A DNA stretch of 34,473 bases from Octopus sinensis (lineage: Eukaryota). Where the stretch lies: assembly GCF_006345805.1 (NCBI RefSeq), contig NW_021829930.1:1-34473 (forward strand). Direction: 5' to 3'. The position numbers and the translations under genes are program-made. How positions within the stretch are numbered: position 1 is the first letter of the stretch; each line of letters opens with the position of its first letter. Positions 1-11,803 of this stretch are shown here, in pieces. Under the pieces are notes generated by a model. The model had not been told where the DNA came from. It made no database searches and saw nothing but the letters and a program-made list of their open reading frames with translations.

Positions 1-285
1 AATTGCATGGAGAGGGATGGGAGAAACTACCTGCATTAACTCGGTATAACAGCAGGTAGTAATTTTACCTTGTACTTATTCTTGGTGCAAATTTTGAAGC
101 GTGCAGTTCGATTTTAATAGCTGTTTTTCAAAGCTATAATGGAAGTGACAAAAGAGCATGTTCAACATATTTTGTTTTAAGGCAACAACGCAACGTAAAG
201 TGCGAGGAATAAAACGTAGTATTTGTGGGTCGGACAATAAGTGTCAGCCAGTGTCAACGGTGGCTCCAGAAATGTCAACGGTAAC
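1..285 (+). mobile_element. 5' fragment of a mariner element, same family as 557-1780
   Basis: 22-275 aligns by eye to 619-865 (shared aaactacctgca, gtagtaattttaccttgt, gtgcagttcgatttta, tcaaagctataatggaag, aaggcaacaacgcaacg, agccagtgtcaac). The ATG near 139 reads MEVTKEHVQHIL, a mariner-type N-terminus. Similarity stops near 280. Confidence 0.8.
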
Positions 286-556
286 TCTGAAATCGGGGCC
301 GATACGATAATAAAAGAATTTTTTAGAAATTTATTTCGGCTTACTTCGAGACAAGTGCTTATAGTGATGAATGATATGGTTATTGACGATTTAAGTCTAT
401 TTTCGGCATATTTGGCATTAGAACTTTTTCTATAGCCCTTGTTTATAAGTTGTTTATAAATTTAACCTTTAAAGGTATTTTTTAATATGCAAGCCATTGA
501 TAGAATGTTTTTGGAAAAATTTTATCCTATATTAGATCTGTATATATATATATATA

Positions 557-1780
557 TTGGGTCATCCCATAAAAAATGCGGTTTTTTCAAGTGGATGAAC
601 TAAAAATCGGATGAGGTCGAGATAAACTACCTGCACCAACTCGCTATAAAAGCATGTAGTAATTTTACCTTGTTTAGTGCAAGTTTTGAATCGTGCAGTT
701 CGATTTTAACAGTTATTTTTTCAAAGCTATAATGGAAGAGACAAAGGAGCTTTTTCAGCTCAATTAAGGCAACAACGCAACGGAAAGTGTGAGGATTATT
801 AATGCCGTATATGGGGATCAGACAGTAAGCGTAAGCCAGTGTCAACTGTGGTTCCAAACTTCCGAGCCTAGAAGACGAAACTCGTCCTGGAAGATCTCTA
901 AAGCTCGACGAGGACGTCCTGCAAACTCTGGTGGAATAAAATCTCATCGTAACTGTTGGCGAACTAGCAGAGAAGCTTGGATTTGATCATTCATCGACAC
1001 CTGTGTGCCATCGGAAAAGTCAGCAAATTAGGTCAATGGGTTCCACGCAAACTTTTCGAGTCTAATCACGCGTAGTGAGTGAATGTGTGCTCTTCTTTGC
1101 TGTCACGTTTCACGAATGAACCCTTTTCGGACCAAATAGTGACTGGTGACGAGAAATGGGTTCTCTACAAAATTGTAAAGTGCCGGAGACAGTGGGTAGG
1201 GAGAGGTGAAACAACGGCTTCCCTGGCAAAAGAAAGTCTTCACCCACGTAAAGTGTTGTCATCTGTTTGGTGGGATATGAAAGGATTAATCCACTTCGAA
1301 CTTTTAAACCCAAACCAAACGATAACAAAGGCGATGATCTGCGAGCAGCCTGAGCGGCTTCAGTCAGCGTTAGAAGAAAAATGTCACATGGTTAAACTGG
1401 CATCAAGACGAAAGGTATTCTTCCATCAGGAGTGAGGATGATATTCAAAAGGCTGGAGCAGTTTGAATGGGAAACGATACCCAACTCACCAAAATCGCCG
1501 GACATTACCCCATCTGATTATTATTTATACCACAGTCTTCAAAATCATTTGGACGGAAAAAATATGAATTCTGTAAACGAAGTCAGAACAGTACTGGAGG
1601 AGTATTTTTCGTGACGGACAAATGAATTTTGGAAGGTGGGGCCTTGCAAGTCTACCAGATAGATAGAAGAGCATTGTAGAAAATGAAGGAGAGTATATTT
1701 TAGATTAAAAAACTTTGTTTATCTTAATTTTGAAAAATAAAAGAAGTATAAAAACTCGCATTATTTATCGGATGACCCAA
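557..1780 (+). mobile_element. Near full-length but defective mariner (DD34D-type) DNA transposon
   Basis: TIRs ttgggtcatcccataaaaaatgcg (557-580) and cgcattatttatcggatgacccaa (1757-1780) match at 22/24, with TA on both outer flanks. Transposase motifs are split across frames. Confidence 0.95.
732..1700 (+). pseudogene. Mariner transposase pseudogene with frameshifts and an internal deletion
   Basis: ATG at 732; WVPRKL near 1037; IVTGDEKW; HPRKVLSSVWWD; SPDITPSDYYL. The FFHQ(DNA..H) second-Asp region is truncated, reading FFHQE then stop. Confidence 0.9.
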
Positions 1781-1849
1781 TATATCTATCGTGATGGGAC
1801 TTGAAATAATAATCTTCGGCTCCGGAGGTCGTCGCCTTATCCATATATA

Positions 1850-3090
1850 CACAGGCATGACAGAAGTAAATAAAGACCCCATGAAACATCGTTTTATGTT
1901 TATTCTAACTTGTAAAGGTTTATATTTTTTTTAATTAATTGACATTTTTACGTTTCAGATTCCACATATGACTGTTTAATGTACAACAGAAGCCTTGGAA
2001 CTGTCTGAATTTCAAAGAGACCGTATTGTGGGTCATTCTGAATGTGGACTTAGCATAAAAGCAGAAAACCTTGGGATCCTGCTTTGAACAGTTACTAGAG
2101 TGATTGTGTAATTCACTAGAGAGGGGAAGGAGTGCACATCACCTCGCCCACATCAACCAGGGCCCTCTGACAGGCCCTTCGTTTTGCCAAGAGAAGTGTT
2201 GAGAATAATCCTCATTGCAAGGCTTCTGACGTAGCAGAAGAAGTTGATATCAGTCCCAGAACAGCTGTCAGGTACCTCCACAAACTTTGTTCCTACGGCA
2301 GAGCAGCAAGAAGGAAGCTACTTCTTCGGCCAGCCAACATCAAGCGGAGAAAATATTGGAGCAGTGAGATGGCAGAGAGGTCAGTAGCATTTTGGGACAC
2401 TGTCATATTCTCTGATGAATCCAGATTTGCTGTATTTCTTGATAGTGGTCGAGTGTAGGTCTGGAGATTCTGTGATCAAGAATTTGATGTGAAAAAACTG
2501 CAGCCAACAATGAAACACGATAGCTATTCTGTGATGGACTGGAGAACAACTTGGAGCAATGATTGATCAGAACTGGTGAAGTGTGAAGGAAACATAAACT
2601 CAGATAAATATACGTCCATATTGCGGAAAGGACTCTTCCAATCGTCTACAGTGGTATAATGATTAAAGAAGACTATTTATGGAAGATGAGGCTTCTTGTC
2701 ACATGGTTAAAATGACCGAAGCTTTTTTTTTTTTGAATAAGAATAGCATTAAAAAGCTTCAATGGCCAAGCCAGTCACCAAATATGAACCCTATTGAACA
2801 CGTTTGGGATATAATTGACAGGACACTTCATAAAAAGAACAAGAAAACATCTTCAAAGCCAGATTTTTGAGATTACAGCATGAAACTTGGCAAGGAATTC
2901 CGAAAAAGAATATTCGTCATCTGATCAGTAACATGCCTAATAAGGTCCTTGCATTGAAAAATGCAAAGGGCACGTCTACAAAATATTAAAATATTTACAT
3001 TGTAACAATAAATGGTTCGAATGTATAATTTCAGATTTAAACAAATATTAATGATTATAAGGGTGTCTATTTACTTCTGCCATGTGTGTG
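1850..3090 (+). mobile_element. Tc1-type (DD34E) DNA transposon relic
   Basis: TIR cores catgacagaagtaaata (1856-1872) and tatttacttctgccatg (3068-3084) match at 16/17. The element encloses a decayed transposase. Confidence 0.9.
1985..2989 (+). pseudogene. Tc1-like transposase pseudogene
   Basis: Fragments read ELSEFQRDRIVG, GRAARRKLLLRPANIKRR, VIFSDESRF (first Asp), FMEDEASCH (second Asp region), WPSQSPNMNPIEHVW (Glu) and KGTSTKY*. There are several in-frame stops and frameshifts. Confidence 0.9.
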
Positions 3091-4229
3091 TGTGCGTGCG
3101 TGCGTGTGTGTGGTTGTGTGTGTATGTGTATAAAATTAGGAGAAGAGGGAAGAAAGTTGTAACATATGCTATGGAAATCGGATGTGTTTGCAGTAGACCC
3201 CATGCCGTACTAACCCCTAATTACACAACTTTAACTGGATTAATCATGCTAACCTTGTGTGAAATGGGAACTCAATCAACGAAGTATCAAAAATGAACCT
3301 GATCTAAGAGAAATAACTCGGAGTTGTCAGTGGTATGGATTTGAGGCAAATAAATCTATAAAAAATGAATGAAAAATATGAGAATGGAATAACCTGGGGA
3401 CATTTCCACTTGGAAGCAAATAACGATTATTGACCTACAAAAAAGTATTCTTGTGACCGTTAGGTAATGTAATTCTAAACATCTTATGCCTAAATGCAAG
3501 ACTGGTCGATCACTGTTAGAATACCACCGAACATGACTTCTCGATCAGAATTTGATCCAAGGCAGAAAAACAACCCCCAAAACAACAAAAATCAACAGCA
3601 ATAGGTCAACTGGATCAATCCTGGTGCCTAGGGGCTGAATAATAACAACTATAGATCTCCAAGATCACAGCCGACCAAGAGTTAAGCAACAACAACAACA
3701 ACAACAGCAGCAGCAGCAGTAGCAAATAGTTGTGACTATGTTGACATTTCATCTTGCAACTTCTATGATTTTTTGTCGCTATTTTGCCACATACCACCCC
3801 TAACCAAGCAGACCTATGCTCAAAGCCATTCCAAGCATGTCATTCACACCTAGTTTTTTAAAAACATATACGAACTGTATGCATCTAAGACTAAATTCTA
3901 ATATATTCTTGTATTTTAAGACGTTAAGTTGTGATCTGAGGCAGATTTGGTTATTATTTCTGGCAAATAAAGATGAGAAAAAACAAATTACCTAGGATCG
4001 ACTGTTGCGAGAAAATTCAACAGTAAAGTGGTTGCTAACATATTTGGCGCTGTAACAGATCGTTAAGGGGGTCCTGGGATGATCTGTTTATTTATGAATT
4101 TATTATTTACCCACCCAGTTTTTCTTTTCCTGTCACCCTTTGTCCTGGGGTTGATTAAATCGACTCTGCTCTTCTTTCAACATTTGTGGCTTTGTGCCTG
4201 TGTTATAAATCCTTTTTAGTTCAGGGAGG

Positions 4230-4705
4230 CCGAGGGTTAAACAACAACAACACCTACAACTACACCACCACCACCACCACCATCACTACAGCAACAACAA
4301 AACACTAACTACTGCTACTACAACAACAACAATGGCGACAACAATGTCGACAAGAAAAATAACAACGGCAACGATAACAACAACTACCACCACAACAACT
4401 ATGAAACGAACAAAAACAGCAACAGGAGCACACCGCTACCACCACCATCAACACCACCACCGCCACCATCACCATCACGACAGCAACCACCACCATCACC
4501 GCCACCACTACGACGACGACCATCACCACTACTACCACCACCAGAACAACAGCAACAACCACTACTACCACCACTACCACAATCAATACAGCAACAGCAA
4601 CAGCAACAACGGCGACGACGGCGCAACCTTAGCAAAGACAAAAAAGAAACCAACAACACCCACAACGACAAAAACAGCGACAACAAAACAACAACAACAA
4701 CAGTA
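4230..4705. repeat. Compound trinucleotide repeat (AAC/ACC/ACT/ACG)n
   Basis: Visible directly; explains ORFs 4305, 4332 and 4399. Confidence 0.95.
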
Positions 4706-4904
4706 ACAATAAAGGTAAAAACTTTATGGGAAGAAAATCATCCGATTCAATCGAGCACAAAATTTCGCTGTTCCAACGCCATTTCCCCCTCCTCTTGATT
4801 TTTGCATTTCCTTTTTATTTGTTTTCACTTATTCTCGCCCTTTTTATCACGTTTTTTTCTCAGTCTTTCTTCAATCTCGCCCGCCACCACATAAATATAT
4901 GTAC

Positions 4905-4912
4905 GTGTGTAT

Positions 4913-4943
<31 letters not shown>

Positions 4944-5083
4944 CGTGGATACGTTACGTACAGTTATACACAAATGTACATTCATACAAAAACACATACA
5001 TGACATACACGTACATAAATATATACACCCGTACATACATATATAATTATTTACACACAGGCACACACATACGTGTGTGAGTG

Positions 5084-5129
<46 letters not shown>

Positions 5130-5270
5130 ACATATATAACATATACACACATACGTTTCGTGTGCATGTATATATATTAATTTAAATCTCATACATATGT
5201 AAGAACGCACACAGCCCTTCTTTCAGACATAGACCTATTACCCAGTTGTACACACACACACACACACACA
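4905..5270. repeat. (AC)n/(AT)n/(CTAT)n microsatellite cluster
   Basis: (CA)n at about 4910-4932, (CTAT)n at about 5086-5128, (AC)n at about 5249-5270. Confidence 0.95.
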
Positions 5271-6095
5271 AACAATCTTTCTCTTTATCCTCTTTCTTAC
5301 ATGTATTTCTTTGTCGTTTTCTTTTCTTTTCTCCCACATCTTCCTTGTCTACCCCATTCCCTAGCACCGCTCTCACTCTTGTAAACACCTCTCCCCCCTC
5401 TCTCTCTCTCCCTCTTTCTCTCTCTTCAATTTTCTAACCCAAATTACCTTACTCTCGCTTTCGCTCAAACCATAACTTTCTCCCTGTACCGTTCTATCCT
5501 TTTCACTGGAATTCTCTTTCACTAACACACGCTCACTCTAATTCTCTCTGTTTTTCAAATTCTTACTCTGTCTTGTGATACAGTCTCTCTCACCCTCTCT
5601 AATTTCTAGTTCTAACTCTCTCTTTCTCTCACCCTCATCATCATCATTATATCTGTCGCCCTCTCTCTCTCTCACTCTCTTTACGTTTGGGAACAAATCT
5701 CACTCCCTTTTTTTCTCTTAATCTTACACTCTTTCTCTAAATCTCTTATTCTTCCATATTTATTTCCGTTTTTCTCTAATTTTCTCTCTCTGACTCCACC
5801 CCTCTCCGTCTTTCGAATTCTCTCTCCAGATTTGTAATTCTGCTTTCGCCGTTCGAATCCTTTCTGTCTTTTTGACACTGTCCTTCTGTTTCTCTTTTTT
5901 CTCTCTATCACTCTCTCGTCTCTTTCTCTCTCTCTCTCTAACTATCTATAGATCCTTAACTCTCTCCTCTCCCCCCCACTCTTTCTTTCCCTTTACTGTT
6001 TTTTTCCTCTCACGCTCTAATTATATTTCCCTAATTCTTCTCTTTCTAATCTTATCCCTTATCTGTCCGTCTTTCTAATTCTCTGTCCATGTGAT

Positions 6096-6127
<32 letters not shown>

Positions 6128-6255
6128 AATAACTTCATAACCCTCATAGTCCATCATTCGCTACATCTCCCCGTCTCCCTCTCTCTCTCTCTCTCTCGCT
6201 CCAACTACATCTAAAACCCTAATACTCACTTCCCCCAATCTTTCTCTCTCCCATT
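5270..6255 (+). repeat. About 1-kb degenerate (CT)n polypyrimidine tract
   Basis: The + strand is overwhelmingly C/T with embedded (CT)n runs. Confidence 0.85.
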
Positions 6256-6606
6256 CTTGTCTTATTTATTAGCAGTGAAAAGGTGCATTTGATTGTAAAA
6301 GAGATAAGGAAGGAATAGAAAACTTGGCTCAGTGAACATCAAAACCCAACAATTCAAATTTATTCATTGACTTCTACGGCTGATTGTGTTAGCAGTGATC
6401 TGTGACAGAATTACCATCGACGTACGTACGCCAAAACTAAAGTAAGCCTATTACAAAACGGTCCCAAACAACTTAGGAACCGAGCGTAATATGTTCCACC
6501 CACATCAAACCTGTCACCTTACCAAACCTCGTATCCTCACCCCGCCTCCAACCAACACATCACCAAACCTCAACATTTGCCACTTCGCCAGTAACTAGTT
6601 ATTAGT

Positions 6607-6760
6607 CCCCCGCCTCTCTCTCTCTCTCTCTCTCTCGATAAGTATAGCATCACGTGAAAGCTGACGTCATCCTATTAGACTTAGGCAGTTTGGTGTCACG
6701 TCACAGGCGCTAGTAATGGCGGACGTTTCGACGAGGACTGAAGTGAATTCATGGTGAAAA
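6607..6760 (+). promoter_or_regulatory. Candidate Pol II promoter-like motif cluster
   Basis: GC-box CCCCCGCC 6607-6614, E-box TCACGTGA 6650-6657, CRE TGACGTCA 6662-6669, GTCACGTCAC 6695-6704, and YY1/Kozak-like gtaATGGCGG with the ATG at 6716. Confidence 0.35.
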
Positions 6761-6772
6761 TAACCAAATATG

Positions 6773-7560
<788 letters not shown>

Positions 7561-7611
7561 ATATATTATACAGCCTGTAATAATTAATAAGAGATATAAA
7601 CTAGAAGTTTA

Positions 7612-7651
<40 letters not shown>

Positions 7652-7909
7652 GTTACCAACACCACAACTCCAACAATAGAATTAATATGAAGAGAATCAC
7701 GATGAGCATCATCATCATAACCACCGCCACAACTGCTGCTGCCACCTCTAGCATTATTCTGACGTACAAATCCATGTGTACCTCTCCTACCGCATCTTCC
7801 TTATTACCGTCGCATTCACAAAATGCCCCTATGATCTTGGGGACCAATGTTGCGGGCATTGACCCTTGTATTGCGCTGATTAATATACTGCGGCATAAGC
7901 TTATTCCAG

Positions 7910-8302
7910 CCCGCCTTTCACTAGGCTGCCATTTGTATAGCTCCCCGTCTGTCTAGCTCCCCTTCTGTCTAGTCCGCCGTTTGTGTAGCTTGCAGTTTGC
8001 CTAGTCTGCCGTTTGCGTAGCCTGCAGTTTGTCTAACCCACCGTTTGCTTAGCCTTCCGTTTGCCTAACCTGTCATTTGTGTAGCCTGTTTTTTGTCTAG
8101 CCTGTCTACTCCACCGTTTACCTAGCCTGCCGTTTGTGTTGACTGCTGTTTGTGTAGCCTCCGGTTGTATAGCCTGCCAGTTGCCTAGCCTGCCGTTTGT
8201 GTAGCCTGTCGCTTTTGTAGCCTGTCATTTGTCAAGTCCGCCATTTGTGTTGCTCGTCCTTTGTCTAGTCCGCCATTGGTATAGCCTACCGTTTGTTTCA
8301 CC
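7910..8302. repeat. Degenerate 16-bp minisatellite, consensus about CCTGCCGTTTGTGTAG, about 24 units
   Basis: Example units: tccgccgtttgtgtag, tctgccgtttgcgtag, cctgccgtttgtgtag, tccgccattggtatag. Confidence 0.9.
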
Positions 8303-8627
8303 TGAAAAGCAGTCGGACACTACCATTGAGAATATGCCGCTCAATATTTCAGCGAGGACCTGTTTTAAATTGTCTTTGGATGGGGTGGCATGGAAAGAAA
8401 GCAACCGTCTGTCTTATTGAAATAATGGAATGTCATTTTCACCTGGTCAAAGTTGGGCAAAGTGAGGGAAAGAAATTTTTCTTTATTTTATCACAAATAA
8501 AACCCTTGCAAAAATTGTTGCCAGAGCGGGGCCTTGCTTATTCTTTCCGATTTGGCACAACTGCAGCAATTTGGAGTTGCGGAAGAAGTGGATGATATCG
8601 ATTTCAATACTCAACAGCTACATGTTT

Positions 8628-8850
8628 TATAGATGTCGAATGGATGAAAGGCAAAATCAATATCAGGGACATTTGAACTCAGAACGTAAAGAACCCGTAG
8701 AAATGCCGCTAAGCATTTTATCCGACGTGCTAAGGGCCTTGCTAGATTATTTTAATGTAGCTGTTTGTCGTGGCATTTACAGAAAGTAAAGAGCCGGAAG
8801 AACTGCTGACAAGCATTTTATCCGAAGCGCTAAAAGCCTTGCTAAATAAT
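8628..8850 (-). mobile_element. Degraded SINE family A fragments, including a locally duplicated head segment
   Basis: ggatgaaaggcaaa...tttgaactcagaacgt; the segment aagcattttatccga.g.gctaa..gccttgcta occurs twice, about 100 bp apart. Confidence 0.6.
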
Positions 8851-9139
8851 AAAATCTCGCTGGCTGCAGAGGTGTTATTACTACTAGCATTGTTTTGCTT
8901 ACGTTTTAGCTTCATGCTGCTACCATTCTTATCGGAGAGTTATATTTATTCATGTGTGTTTGGCTATTGGAATATTGAGCACCTTTCATTATTTACATTA
9001 TTTACATTTGACGCACATTTGTCCTCATCTTGTTTGTACTTAACACAACGTTTCGGCTGAAAATACCCTCCAGTCTTCATGAGGTGTCTTGGGGAAATTT
9101 CGAACCTGGGTTCTCATTCCTAAGGTATTTTTCGATATT

Positions 9140-9211
9140 ATTATTAACATAATCATCATCATCATCATCACCACCACCACCACCACCACCACCACCACCA
9201 CCACCACCACC

Positions 9212-9259
<48 letters not shown>

Positions 9260-9294
9260 GTCGTCGTCGTCGTCGTCATCATCATCATTCATCG

Positions 9295-9386
<92 letters not shown>

Positions 9387-9388
9387 AT
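9140..9388. repeat. Compound in-phase triplet repeat (ATC)(ACC)(ATC)(GTC)(ATT)(GTT)
   Basis: Visible directly. Confidence 0.97.
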
Positions 9389-10032
9389 TCAGGTCACTGC
9401 TGAGAACTGAACTCATGACCTTACGATCATGAGCTGAATACCGAAACAACTAACCCTTACGCCTTCACTTTTCCCAAAGGTAATGCATAACTAAAATGCG
9501 GAACACCTGCATACTTAAAGAAGTTTGCTTTGAAGCCACCCGGTTTCGGAGTTCAGCACCACTGCACGACATACTGGGTAACAGTATGGTTTTTACCAAA
9601 TCATCATAAGGAAAACTTGGGAACAGTGAGAGAAATTGTGCGGAGAATTGATGCAGAGAATGTTACTGAACGTAATACCACCACCTGGGATGTTGGGCGC
9701 TTTCAATAGCGGCTAGTCTGCTGCGAGTATTTCGGCCAGGATTTTGGTGTGAAGGCACCTTCCTTTCACCTACACGAATCGAAGGCCCTGAAGAAATCAT
9801 AGATTTTTCTACCTTTCCTCTGAATTAGATATCTAGAAAAGGGTCTCTGTTAAAATGACTTATCGGGCAGAGATGGGGATCCTTAAGCGGATTACATACA
9901 CTATATGACAACATATACAGGATGCTGTATACTCAATTTCTCTGAGAAATCTTGGTTCGAATGGAAGCTCTTATAAAAAAAAAAAACAGAAAAAATTCGA
10001 CCCATGCCCCACACAGTGATATCGAACTCAGA

Positions 10033-10611
10033 ACTAGGCACAAGGTCCGAAACTTTTGGGGAGAGGGCCAGCCGATTAAATGGACCGCAGTGCGCAATTG
10101 GTACTTAATTTACAGACCCCGAGAAGATGAAAGGCAAAGTTGACCTCGGCGGAATTTGAACTCAGAACGTAGCGGCAGACGAAATACCTATTTCTATTTC
10201 TTTACTACCCACAAGTGGGCTAAACACAGAGAGGACAAACAAGGACAGACAAACGGATTAAGTCGATTATATCGACCCCAGTGCGTAAGTGGTACTTATT
10301 TAATCGACCCCGGAAGGATGAAAGGCAAAGTCGACCTCGGCGGAATTTGAACTCAGAACGTAGCGGCAGACGAAATATCTATTTCTTTACTACCCACAAG
10401 GGGCTGAACACAGAGAGAACAAACAAGAACAGACAAACGGATTAACTCGATTTACATCGACCCCAGTGCGTCACTGGTACTTATTTAATCGACCCCGAAA
10501 GGATGAAAGGCAAAGCCGACCTCGGCGGAATTTGAACTCAGAACGTAACGGCAGATGAAATACCGCTAAATATTTCGCCCGATGTGCTAACGATTCTACC
10601 AGCTCACTGCC
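10033..10611 (-). mobile_element. tRNA-derived SINE family A, trimeric form
   Basis: Head ggcagtgagctggtagaatcgttagcac starts at 10611 on the minus strand. Three B-box/core units (ctcagaacgt at 10161, 10352, 10537) are joined by a constant linker. Confidence 0.9.
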
Positions 10612-10854
10612 TAGAAGGAAAGTGAGGCAAAAATCACTTATCATAAAAAAAATAATGTGACATAATGTAATAACATTCTGATCGGATGTACGGATAAACT
10701 GTTGCTTCAATATATAAGTAAATAATAATGGAAGAGCATTGCAAATAAAAGAAAGAAATCCTTTTTATTATGACCGGCTTTTGAGTGGATCAAGTATATA
10801 GGAAGCTGGATTAGTTTAGTAATAGTTATCTGTAATACTGACTAAATATTAGTA

Positions 10855-10857
10855 TAC

Positions 10858-10953
<96 letters not shown>

Positions 10954-11016
10954 GCATGTATATATATATATATATGTGTGTGTGTGGTGTGTGTGTGTGT
11001 GTGCGTGTGCATGTAT

Positions 11017-11059
<43 letters not shown>

Positions 11060-11082
11060 ATATATATATATATGTATATATA
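10855..11082. repeat. (CATA)/(TA)/(TG) microsatellite
   Basis: Visible directly. Confidence 0.95.
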
Positions 11083-11129
11083 GGCAAGGAAAAATTATAA
11101 AAAGGCAGAATGCTAAATTGAAGGTAAAT

Positions 11130-11720
11130 TTTAATGAAAATGGGTGTATGGAAAAAAAAAAATTAACTCTAACCGGTTTTCGTCGCAATGCGACTTTTCA
11201 AGGATTGTAAGGTGAAAAGAAATTTTTTTTATAATTGAGGAGCGGGAAAAAAGAAAATTATATTGTTTTTTGCAAAAAAATAATAAACATATACAAAAAT
11301 AAAAAATAGGTACACCGATACATTGTAAAGTGTTTGTGTATCTGGAGTTCAATGATAGAGCTTGGGAAAATTCCCTTGGAGGATTAAGATCCACGTGATT
11401 AAATCCATGTGGTGTTTAATTTAGGATGTTTGTTAAATGAATGTCAAAACAGGAAATGGGGTAGGAGTTATCCAGTTCCTGTGAGTAAGGGGAGACAACT
11501 CTGTGGATTTTGTGCTCTTCAATTGGGATTATTAATCTTTTGTAAGATAGGATGTTAATAAACCTTAAAGTAGAAAATTATCATTTTAGCTTCATTTGCA
11601 TTATCTTTTTTTATATAATTGTTTGCTAACTTAACATTCAGATTTTAACACTTTATTTATATTGCTTTCTAATTATATAAATTTACATAAACCAATTTAT
11701 AATTTCATTTCAGATTGTTA
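11130..11720 (-). mobile_element. Probable 3' terminal segment (pLTR-like) of a Penelope-like element
   Basis: The minus strand encodes PHGFN (11398-11412), resembling the PxGxN end of PLE GIY-YIG domains. An AT-rich tail follows and carries a hammerhead-like motif. Confidence 0.5.
11164..11207 (-). ncRNA. Minimal type I hammerhead ribozyme-like motif (U3-A8 core variant)
   Basis: Minus strand reads caaucc UUGAAAA GUCGC auu GCGAC GAA AACCGGUU A gaguua: core, perfect 5-bp stem II, GAAA, palindromic stem III and a UUA cleavage triplet. Stem I is imperfect. Confidence 0.65.
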
Positions 11721-11724
11721 TGTC

Positions 11725-11725
<1 letters not shown>

Positions 11726-11795
<70 letters not shown>
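11726..11795. repeat. (AAT)n microsatellite
   Basis: Visible directly; it separates the two Penelope-like segments. Confidence 0.97.

Positions 11796-11799
<4 letters not shown>

Positions 11800-11803
<4 letters not shown>

Noticed and set aside
3174-3296. MEIGCVCSRPH..., resembling a lipidated N-terminus
   Set aside because: No Gly at position 2, a short ORF, and no splice or promoter support.
3480-4250. Several very degraded SINE-like fragments (also about 9385-9590, 18115-18200, 19050-19310, 20690-20760)
   Set aside because: They are probably old repeats, but too diverged to give boundaries or a family from the sequence alone.
9788-9810. CTGAAGA followed by a short stem, a possible hammerhead
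   Set aside because: No GAAA follows the stem (it reads TTTC) and there is no stem III or cleavage triplet. CTGANGA hits at about 2414, 23100 and 29445 lie inside transposon coding relics and also lack the fold.
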